Shown piece by piece: positions 10,258 to 19,086 of a DNA stretch of 64,000 nucleotides. Source of the DNA: Thalia democratica. Taxonomy: Eukaryota. The stretch's first letter is position 1; each line of letters begins with the position of its first letter. The stretch is taken from NCBI GenBank assembly GCA_965202585.1, contig OZ241830.1, positions 48,050,001 to 48,114,000 of the forward strand. Direction: 5' to 3'. The position numbers and the translations under genes are program-made. Under the pieces are notes generated by a model. The model ran no database searches. It was given only the letters and a program-made list of their open reading frames with translations, and had not been told where the DNA came from.

Positions 10258-12117
10258 TTATAGTATTAGTTGCTGGGGGGAAATGAAGGTGCTGATTTCC
10301 CGCAAACAGTATTTCGATATGACATGTTTAAAACGCCATCGGTGAAAAATGAACCAAAATAATTCGTGATTACTTTGAAAAATGCGTGCGATATTATATA
10401 AAGATTTTATGGTTTTAAAACGCCATTTGTGAAATATAAACCAAACTAATTCGTGGATTTTCTTAAAAATGCGTGCTTCATTGTTTAACAATTCTTCGCT
10501 TTTAAAACGCCATTTGTGAAATATAAACCAAGCTAATTCGTGGTTTGCTTGAAAAATCTGCTGTAAGCTAATTTCTAAAGGTTTTTTGTTATTCGCAATC
10601 GTTTTGCGTTCCAAGTAAGAAGTGTGTTTTTTTGTTAAGATTTCGCGATCTGGCCTGACATATATTTTATCTTTATTGTTGTTTGGCATCGCTGATGTGT
10701 TTACGGTCGTAGGCGAGGATAATTTCCTTGCGTTTTCCGGTTTTACGGAAGGCATCTCTGAACCGGCCGTTGGCTTTAAGTGTTCCGGTGCTGGCTGCGG
10801 TTGTGCTGTCCGTTGGGACTGCCCGTTTTGGTGCTGGCTGAGATGGCTCTGAACGTTGGCGCTGGTAGCATAGGTACTGGCTTCTTTGGCGCTTACCGTT
10901 GACTCTGGCCTTTGTGTTAGTAAATGATTATTATGCGCTAACAGATTGGCTGATTTTCCCGAGCTTAAATTACTTAATTGGGAAGTAGCTGGCAGGATTG
11001 CTAGTTGACTTTTTCTCAGCAAGTCCATGCCGATGATGCCAAAATGGTGAGATTCTTGAGTAACCCAGAACGAGTGTTGGATTGGCTCCAAATCTCCCAA
11101 ATGAAGTTCGACATTTACGCTACCAATGGGGTGGGTTGTTTTGTTCCCAAACCCCTGGATGGTTCTGCTTTGTGGTGGGAAATATTTGTTGATTCCGTTA
11201 GTCAATCTCTTTGGCAAGATTGACAACTCAGACCCGCTGTCGACCAAGAAGACAACATTAGTGTTCGAATCTGCCACGAACAACAGATTTTGTGGCAAAT
11301 TTTTAGGGTTGGGTGCGGGTGATTTAGCTAGTTGGAAGGTCCACGTGTTCACACTTTCCTTAACAATTTTTTTGTTGTGACTGGTAGTATAAGGAGACTT
11401 GCAATTTATTATTTTGTTCAAGGGAGTGATGTCACTCATGATTTGTTCTGTCTCTGTTTCCTTATTTGCTGGTGCAGGTAATGCTGGCATTCTCACGGGT
11501 GGAGACGGCTCTTCGTAAGCCCTTATGTCGGCCGTTGGCTTGAACTGTTCTGGTTTTGGCTGTGGTTTTCCAGCTCTACGGGATTGCCCGACGTGATATT
11601 GGCTATGATGGCTTTGATCGGTGGTGGCGGTCGTGTAGGTACTGGCTGCTGTGGCTCTGACTGATGACTCTGGCCCTGTCGATTCTAGCTGCGGTTGCCT
11701 GGACTGTTTGGGCTTCCCGTTGTGGTGCTGGTTGGCGTGGCTTTGATCTGTGGCGCTGGTCTTTGACTCTGGCCTTGGTTGCCCAGAACGTTGGTTCTTA
11801 ATAGGTTTATTCGCTGCACTGTGTGGCATTGTTTGCTTTATAAGGAAGGTCACGTTTGGTTTGTTTGGAGGTGTGGACGCTCCATCTGCTGGACGACTGA
11901 TAATATCATCTGAGGAATCCTTGGTCGGTTTAGGTTGAGGTGGTGGTTGCTGTCGAGGGGCGGTTATATGTACACATGCGACAGTCTTTGTGTGAGATGG
12001 TGTAGCCCCAGTCACTCTCCCTCTCACTTTGGAGAGTCGGGGTGCTCGTTTTTTGCCTGAGTTGGGGGGACAGTTTGATCCTTCATGATGCAGTTGTTGT
12101 CTGAGCAGTTGTAACAC
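10258..12117 (-). CDS. pro: ORF2: Q/P/S/T-rich linker, retroviral-type aspartic protease, duplicated linker and 3x29-aa C-terminal repeat; no RT
   Basis: VFLVDSGSELSILP (DSG at 11233-11241), IQGFG flap and GIIGMDLL are retropepsin motifs. No YxDD, RNase H or DDE motifs occur before the stop at 10258. Confidence 0.85.
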   Translation of the reverse strand: MLQLLRQQLHHEGSNCPPNSGKKRAPRLSKVRGRVTGATPSHTKTVACVHITAPRQQPPPQPKPTKDSSDDIISRPADGASTPPNKPNVTFLIKQTMPHSAANKPIKNQRSGQPRPESKTSATDQSHANQHHNGKPKQSRQPQLESTGPESSVRATAASTYTTATTDQSHHSQYHVGQSRRAGKPQPKPEQFKPTADIRAYEEPSPPVRMPALPAPANKETETEQIMSDITPLNKIINCKSPYTTSHNKKIVKESVNTWTFQLAKSPAPNPKNLPQNLLFVADSNTNVVFLVDSGSELSILPKRLTNGINKYFPPQSRTIQGFGNKTTHPIGSVNVELHLGDLEPIQHSFWVTQESHHFGIIGMDLLRKSQLAILPATSQLSNLSSGKSANLLAHNNHLLTQRPESTVSAKEASTYATSANVQSHLSQHQNGQSQRTAQPQPAPEHLKPTAGSEMPSVKPENARKLSSPTTVNTSAMPNNNKDKIYVRPDREILTKKHTSYLERKTIANNKKPLEISLQQIFQANHELAWFIFHKWRFKSEELLNNEARIFKKIHELVWFIFHKWRFKTIKSLYNIARIFQSNHELFWFIFHRWRFKHVISKYCLREISTFISPQQLIL

Positions 12118-13607
12118 TTTTTACCATATTTCCGATGGTTATAGCATACTCTTTGATTGTTATTGGTTCCCTGCTGCCATTGTGGTCGGTCTGGTTTATT
12201 TCGATTTGGGTGCGAGACATTGTAGTTTATGTTTCTGGCTCTCGCTTTTGCTTCTTGCTCATCTGCGTCGAGCATTACCCTCCACGCATCTTGGAATTCC
12301 TCATCATTAAGGTTAAGTTTACGCCTCAAATGACTTTTCAAATGATTGGGTGCTAAATGTATTGTGACAAATTTCTTCAACACCCCATCTTTCCGGAACT
12401 CCGCTAACCAGTGACTGATTTCATCTCCAAGTTCCCTGCTTGACATGGAAGACTTTGCTCCTCTTGCTAGAAGTATGTCGCTTACTGGTGGTTGCCCACT
12501 CATCAGGAACTTCGTTAATGTTCTATAGTTTCTTTCCTGTTCTACATGTTTATTATAATAAATGGCTCTCTCACCCCAGTCTACTATAGCTTCCAGCCAT
12601 TTGAAGAGATCTCGATCTGACTGAACCCCGTAATCATATACAATTTTTTCAAAGTGTTGCAGCCTGATCGATAGGTGTTCTGTATTTCGCCTTATATATC
12701 CTATTTGGCTGACGAGATCGTTTATTCTCAGTTGGGGATATTGGCTTGTTGTAGTGTGGGGAGTACCGCCATAAGTGTCTGCATTATACCTATTTTCCTC
12801 ATGATGAGGTTGGCAATTGTAAATTGGACTGCGGACATGGTGTTCGAAGTTCCCTCTCACACTTGACTCTCCCTGCTCAACTGAAGGTCTATTATAGTTT
12901 AGGGGGGGGTGACTTGGCAATCGGCTCACTGATGGATCACGTGGCCTTAAGACTTGAGGGCCCTGGTTCGTGGAAACTGGGCGTGAAGTCTGAATATCTT
13001 GGGTTGCGATGTCGCGGTTTGCCTTTGTGGAAGTGTTAAAATTTTCCTGTTCACGGCTTTTTTCCTGATTTCTAAAGATATTCTTGATCAGCTTCGCCTT
13101 GAGTGCTCTCTCTTCCCATTCCCTGTTTAAACGGTTTAATTCCTCGATACTGAGGTCATAAGATGGATTTTGAGTCAGATCAACTCCTTTTTGATGTTCA
13201 GTGTGGTCTGCCGGTATGTCCATTGTTGGCTGTTGTTGCTCTCTTTCTTTGTTATCGTGTGCTTGATGTAATTTAGCGTTCATCGTATTGTTTCCTTCAG
13301 CGTCAGTTATGTTCTGTGAATCTAACTCCGAATATGCGTTGTTCCCTCCGGCCTCACGGTCGGAAGTTTCTTGTGTAGGGTCACCATGTCGTTCACGCTG
13401 TGGGGCTACTTGGCCTAAAGTAGCCTGTTTATGCGAAGAAGAGTAATTCGGGTCAATAGGACGTTTGGTCACGCCCGCTTTTTCTAACCTCTTGCTCTTA
13501 CGAGCCTTGATTTCTGTGGTCTCGCCAAATGCGTCTTGCATGTTCTTTTTTGAGAACATGCCGTCATTATCACTAACCTTGTGCTTAATGCGATTATCTG
13601 TACTCAT
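12024..13607 (-). CDS. gag: Gag-like polyprotein (527 aa) with a C-terminal CHCC zinc knuckle
   Basis: First ORF of the LTR element. CYNHRKYGKKCYNCSDNNC (12090-12146) is C-x2-H-x9-C-x4-C, close to the CsRn1 CHCC motif. A helical-looking capsid-like region precedes it. Confidence 0.8.
   Translation of the reverse strand: MSTDNRIKHKVSDNDGMFSKKNMQDAFGETTEIKARKSKRLEKAGVTKRPIDPNYSSSHKQATLGQVAPQRERHGDPTQETSDREAGGNNAYSELDSQNITDAEGNNTMNAKLHQAHDNKEREQQQPTMDIPADHTEHQKGVDLTQNPSYDLSIEELNRLNREWEERALKAKLIKNIFRNQEKSREQENFNTSTKANRDIATQDIQTSRPVSTNQGPQVLRPRDPSVSRLPSHPPLNYNRPSVEQGESSVRGNFEHHVRSPIYNCQPHHEENRYNADTYGGTPHTTTSQYPQLRINDLVSQIGYIRRNTEHLSIRLQHFEKIVYDYGVQSDRDLFKWLEAIVDWGERAIYYNKHVEQERNYRTLTKFLMSGQPPVSDILLARGAKSSMSSRELGDEISHWLAEFRKDGVLKKFVTIHLAPNHLKSHLRRKLNLNDEEFQDAWRVMLDADEQEAKARARNINYNVSHPNRNKPDRPQWQQGTNNNQRVCYNHRKYGKKCYNCSDNNCIMKDQTVPPTQAKNEHPDSPK
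12048..12054 (-). promoter_or_regulatory. -1 ribosomal frameshift slippery site A_AAA_AAC with downstream stem-loop
   Basis: In the gag frame it reads GCA AAA AAC. ORF2 is in the -1 frame and overlaps gag. About 5 nt downstream is CCCCG-ACTCTCC...GGAGAGT-GAC-TGGGG, which can pair. Confidence 0.75.
13378..13386 (-). promoter_or_regulatory. Primer-binding site, tRNA-Trp type
   Basis: TGGTGACCC abuts the LTR terminal ACA. It is a 9-nt match to the known tRNA-Trp PBS TGGTGACCCCGACG used by CsRn1-clade Gypsy elements. Confidence 0.75.
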
Positions 13608-14115
13608 AGTGCTATACTGAGGGAGTTGCTAATATACTATTGTATTTTATTAAGTAGCCAGAGGAACGTGTCTAACTATGGCCAACAACAAATTTAGTAA
13701 GTACGTTAGCTTATGGTTACGTTAAGTATGTTAAGAGATAATAAAGCTGCTTGCGATCCTTATTTAGCCTAAACAACTATATTAAGTTATTAAATCTTAT
13801 GTGAAACTAAGTGTACAACTGAGTTTAATAAAATGTTAGCAATCTTTAAAACAACTTGTTTTATTCACAATTATGTAAACAAATACAATATTTTACACTA
13901 AACGAATTCAAATTTACAGTTTATATTAGAGAAACAGAAATAACATGCAAAAGATAAAACAATACTCACGATTACAAAAGGTCTATCACGAAAGGCTGCT
14001 GCAACTGACTGAACGTCATGCTAAAGCAGTTCGAGAAGTAAACAAGCGATAAAAAAGTCCCTAATTTGAGAAAACTCTCTAGCGCCCTTTTTTATTTAAA
14101 CGCGAAGTCGTTACA
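13387..14115 (-). repeat. 5' LTR (729 bp), contains the gag start codon
   Basis: Same sequence as 5198-5926. ATG at 13607 lies 220 nt before the LTR end. An AATAAA (minus strand) lies about 45 nt upstream of the ATG. Confidence 0.95.
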
Positions 14116-14139
14116 AAGGGTTTGTTTAGAAGGGTAGGG

Positions 14140-14250
14140 GGGTCAATGGTTGACTCATGGCTAAGAGGTCTTTGGCTCTTAATGTGAGCACTCTTAGCCC
14201 GAGTTTGAATCCTAGTGTCTGGAAGACACTCTGGATTTGGACTGACCCGT
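14140..14250 (+). ncRNA. tRNA-derived (SINE-head or tRNA pseudogene-like) structured sequence
   Basis: A-box-like TGGTTGACTCATGGCTAAG (cf. tRNA-Leu/Ser TGGCCGAGTGGTCTAAG). GCTC-7-nt loop-GAGC arm. B-box-like GAGTTTGAATCC at 14201-14212. Several long stems with G-U pairs. Confidence 0.4.
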
Positions 14251-14270
14251 GACATAGTTTAAGTTTACTT

Positions 14271-15001
14271 TGTAACGACATCGCGTTTAAATAAAAAAGG
14301 GCGCTAGAGAGTTTTCTCAAATTAGGGACTTTTTTATCGCTTGTTTACTTCTCGAACTTCTTTAGCATGACGTTCGGTCAGTTGCAGCAGCCTTTCGTGA
14401 GAGATCTTTGTAATCGTGAGTATTGTTTTATCTTTTGCATGTTATTTCTGTTTCTCTAATATAAACTGTACATTTGAATTTGTTTAGTGTAAAATATTGT
14501 ATTTGTTTACATAATTTCGAATAAAATAAGTTGCTTTAAAGATTGCTAACATTTTATTAAACACAGTTGTACACTTAGTTTCACATAAAATTTAATAACT
14601 TAAGTATAGTTGTTTAGACTAAATAAAGATCGCTAGCAGCTTCATTATCGCTTAACATACTTAACGTAATCATAAACTAACGTAATTTACTAAATTTGTT
14701 GTTGGCCATAGTTAGACACGTTCCTCTGGCTAGTTAATAAAATACAATAGATATATTAGCAACTCCCTCAGAATAGCACTATGAGTACAGGTAATCGCAG
14801 TAAGCCTAAGGTTAGTGATAATGACGGCATGTTCTCCAAAGAGAACATGCAAGCCGCTTTTAGCGAGACTACAGAAATCAAGGCTCGTAAGAGCAAGAGG
14901 TTAGAAGAAGCGGGCGTATCCAAACGTCCTATTGACCCGAATTACTCTTCATCGCACAAACAGGGTACTACAGGCCAAGGAGCCCCACAGCGAGAAAGAC
15001 A
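14271..15001 (+). mobile_element. Solo LTR of the same family, opposite orientation
   Basis: Starts TGTAACGAC and ends AAGACA, with its own 4-bp TSD ACTT (14267-14270 and 15002-15005). Roughly 90-95% similar by eye to the element's LTRs. It keeps the gag N-terminal ORF (14781-15008). Confidence 0.92.
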
Positions 15002-16096
15002 ACTTTAACAAAAATTATTTAATAATATAAAATACAAAGCAGTTGGGATAAATTTATATACTAAAAACTTAATAGTAAACCAATTTGTAACAAAATATAA
15101 AAAACTTAAAATGAATAAAGTAGTTAAAATTAGACAAAAATTACAATAAAAAACTCAGGTATGAAAAAAATCAATAAAATTTTATAAACTGTTATAAAAT
15201 TTTATACAATGTTAACAAAATTTAAGAAAATACTTAAATTTGTCTAAAAACAATTTAAGTATCTTGCTTATAAAAAAAGTCAATAAAATTAGTCACTAGC
15301 ACACAGGAAAAGGTGGTTCTACTGGAAGACAATAAACTTCACTCCAATTCTTTCCTCAGAACTCAGACTACTCTCTCTAACAATGCCCCAAGCTTACAAT
15401 AGTCATTTCTTTGAATGATGACTGTTGTTATAGCAACAATTTCAAATTTCTTGTACTATAACTTGTCAACATCTCATTTGTTGTTGTTTTTAGCTTTCCC
15501 AACAACAAAGTGTTTCCAATTAAAAAATAGAAAATTGTAATTAAATAACGTATCGTTACAATATGCGTCAATTTTCAGATATTGAAAAAATGGTTTATCC
15601 AAATGGTCTTCACGGTGTGCAGGAAATTCATTTTAGGGTACACGAAACTAATTTAGGGGTGCAAAATTTTTTACTAAAACATTAGTTATCTATTAAAATT
15701 TACTTTTGAACTTTCCGGTGGATAAGTTCAAAAAACAACTCTACTAACACAGAGAACATCAAAACTTAAATATTTTTTTAACGTGTTTACAAACAGAATT
15801 CAAAGTAAAACTATTTAGTACTATAATAGGAAGTTTTTCTAACGTATTTTTATACCATTTGCTACTTATTATTAACAGATTACTCAATTTGTTTTATATT
15901 TTATTTCACAAACGTTTTCAAAACTATACTAGTTCCATTTTCATTCAAGTGATAAATGTTAAATGAATTTAAAAAGAATTTTGGAAATAAAAGTAAAAAT
16001 TTTAAGAAATAACTCAAAATTATGACGTATGATAAAATTAAAATAAATACAAACTTTAGTGATTAAGCAAGTAAAACTAAAGTAAAGATATGTTTA

Positions 16097-16485
16097 TTAA
16101 TAAATTGTTAATAGTTTTGCTTTTCCATATAATGCTATTTGCGTATTTAACTTAGGTCGCTCTTCCTCAATCAATATTGATTCCAGGCTGTACAGTTCGC
16201 TTTGTTTACATCGTTTTAAAACTTTAAAGTTTTGAACTATGTCAGAGATTTGACAGGGTGTGCAGTTAAAAATATATTCAAATATTGCGCTTTTTTTATC
16301 TGTTCCGCAGTGGTCTGTAATTAGTCAGAAGATTTGCAGTGATGTTAATCCAATGTAGGAAATGCTCTGATCTGCAGAGCAGGTATATTTATAAATAACA
16401 TTTGCGTCAAATGCTTCCGAGCATTGACTTTTGTTGTTAAAGTAGTCAGAAACTTTTTTGCTGGTGTAGGCCGGTTTAATAATCT
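16097..16485 (-). mobile_element. Penelope-like element fragment (GIY-YIG endonuclease), disrupted
   Basis: Manual translation gives NVIYKYTCSADQSISYIG...SAIFEYIFNC...FKVLKRC...LESILIEEERPKLNTQ, with an in-frame stop. Confidence 0.75.
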
Positions 16486-16812
16486 TTACTTACTCATATC
16501 TTACTTTAGTTTTACTTAAAAAATCACTGAAGTTTGTATTTATTTGAATTTATTCATACTTCATAATTTAAAGTTATTTTTTAAACTGTTTACTAACCAA
16601 AAAAAAAATAATAATTCATTTAACATTTATTACTTGAAAATGGAACTAGTATAGTTTTGAAAAGCTTTGTGAAATAAAATATAAAACAAAATGAGTAATT
16701 TGTTAATAATAAGTTGCAAATGGTGTGTAAAACTATTTACGTTATAAATAAAAAAATTGCTAATAAGCAACGAATGGTAAATGTAAATAATAATAATATC
16801 CTATATACATAT

Positions 16813-19086
16813 CAGGGGCGTCGCGTGGGGTGTTGCACTGCCGCAACTGCACCACCTTGAAATTTTCTAAGAAAAAAAAATAAGTATCTATATCGTTTTC
16901 GTTATTTTTTGAACGAAATCTCTTTTAAAACTTCAATTTTGAAAACGACCATTTTGCCCACTTCACTGCCGCAAACTCTTAGCTGACTGCCGCAAATGAA
17001 CTCAAAAAAGCAAAATTTCTTCAAGAATTACCGCAAAATCAATATCTTGCGGTAAGTAAGCTAAGTTAAAAATTCCCCAAAACAGGACTTGCTTAAGTAT
17101 CATCTACAAGGTATTGTAGACATAAAATAAAAACAAAGCAAGCTACTGCAAAGGATTAAACTTGAGTTTATGTACCCACATGATTTTTTAAATTTAACAG
17201 ATCACTTCTATTAAAAGATTTGTCATAAATTGCATATTTTGAAAAAAAAAATAAAAACCCTAAATCACCAAAGTCTTAAAAATTTGATTTTTTATTTTAA
17301 TCTGCATACATAAACTTATCTATAACTGATTATTGTTATCATAAAGTTAATAAAATAAATAATAAAATTCAAGTTCAGAAAAAAAGAATTAAGAAGTTTA
17401 TTATAAACTTTTAGTTCACTCTTACAGAAAAATATTTTAGATTTATATTAATTAAAAAAATAGTATTATTGAAACAATCACATATTTAAATTAAGTAAAT
17501 AGCCTTAATTTAAAAACTTTGATTACTTAGAGTAGTTTAACATTTTAGGAAAATTTAGTCTACCTCTACTTTATATAACTTTTGGTTTAATTTTTTCATA
17601 AACAAAGCAAACATTTTAGATAAAATTGTTGAAACATGGTTGCCTTGCCTCATAATCAGGATAACTTAGAAATGTTAAAAACTCAAGATGACCCAAGATA
17701 AATTAAAACAGACCAAATTAGAAAAATATTCAGGCTGACTAAAGCAGTTTTAATTTTTACTCTGAAAATAACAAGGTTATTTAATATTAAAAAATAAGTG
17801 TTTTACCCCTATGGCCACATGAAAACTAACTAACCAAACTTTTACTTCTATAATGGTTACATATTTATAAATTATCTTTAAAATTCTTGAAAAGTTCAAC
17901 AGCCTCACAACTAAACTTAAAAAAGTTGAGCTCCTGAGAAAAATACTGTCATCAAAATGAAAAACAAATAAATATTAAATAAAGAAAAGATACCCTTAAA
18001 AAACTATTGAATTTTAAACCTCCAACAAAAAACATTAAAATTAGAAAAAAAATTAATAAACATGTTAATGTTTGTAAAAAAAAATGTGCAAATTAGTGAG
18101 GAGTAAGGGGGGAGGGTGTATAGGCACTTTTTTACATGTTGTTCTTATTTTAACTTTTTCAGAAAGCTAATAGTTACTCTTTAATAAACTTGAAATTTCC
18201 AATTAAACTTTTAGTTACAACCAGTCAAAGCCAGAGAGTACAATGGTTTATTATACAAGGAGCAAACCAAAACAGCAAAAAATACAATTTTACAGAAAAC
18301 CTATATTCTCCATCATTTTTAAAACAATTTTTAATTAAACTTTTTCATCCTAATTTTTTAAAACTTTATACTTTTGTTGAAGAGAAGTTTTCAATTTTTA
18401 AGTATCAATATATATTTTTATATATACAAAAAAAAACTTTTGTTATAACTTTTTTTTTCTTGGTGTTTTAAATATCTAATTTAGCAATTTTTTTTTGTTT
18501 TATAAAAGAAACATCTAAAGATTTTGAGGCCAACTTATAAAAAAAAGATATGATTTTAGTGATTTGATTTATTTGTTGTTTGAGTTTATATTATAAAAAT
18601 AAGGATTCATTTGTACCTCTGACTGTGAATTACCATATCTCAAAAATTTTAAGAATTTTTTATATTGATAAAAGATGACTTGTAGTTAAATTAAAACTGT
18701 ATAAATTAATTTCAGTAAAATAATTCTAAAGTAGATGTTAAGGGCATAAAGGGGGGGGGGGGGGGTAAAACATTTTTTTAAACACTTTTTTAGTTTGTGC
18801 CTCCCATTATGAACCTTTTGTTGCCTTTGACTTTGACCGGCTATATCTTAAAACATATACTGAATTTTTAAAATCTGTAAAAAGCATCTTGTAGCTTAGT
18901 AAAAACTACATAAAATAAGATCACATTGTTTCATCCCACCTATGCTCTTAAAAGCAAAGCTTATCTTCAGGTGTAGCAAAAGTTCAGTTGTTTTCAAACT
19001 TGACAGTAAAAACATATTTTTATTAAAATAATTGATATTTTTTTAAATTCTGCACCACCTAAAAAAAATACCACGCGACGCCACTG
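16813..19086. mobile_element. Non-autonomous hAT-type DNA transposon
   Basis: TIRs CAGGGGCGTCGCGTGG and CCACGCGACGCCACTG. Perfect 8-bp TSD ATACATAT (16805-16812 and 19087-19094). No transposase ORF. Confidence 0.85.

Larger units (their letters stand above)
5198..14115 (-). mobile_element. Young Ty3/Gypsy-type (CsRn1/Kabuki-like) LTR element carrying gag, pro and env but no RT/RNaseH/IN
   Basis: Two 729-bp direct repeats with TGT...ACA ends. 4-bp TSD AAGG at 5194-5197 and 14116-14119. PBS TGGTGACCC directly after the 5' LTR. CHCC Gag, DSG protease and a TM glycoprotein ORF are present. Confidence 0.93.

Noticed and set aside
6530-13039. Plus-strand and alternative-frame ORFs overlapping env, pro and gag (e.g. 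6533-7141, 7523-7792, 10622-10852, 12135-12356)
   Set aside because: Antisense or out-of-frame shadows of GC-richer coding sequence with no recognisable motifs.
14120-14266. Hammerhead or HDV-like ribozyme in the structured spacer
   Set aside because: No CUGANGA/GAAA core on either strand, and no P1.1 (CC/GG) or L3 pattern of HDV-like ribozymes found by eye.
5198-15001. Reading the direct plus inverted repeat trio as a DIRS/Ngaro split-repeat element or Penelope pseudo-LTRs
   Set aside because: All copies have TG...CA ends, there is a PBS, and the full element and the third copy each have their own 4-bp TSD. No YR or GIY-YIG domain lies inside.
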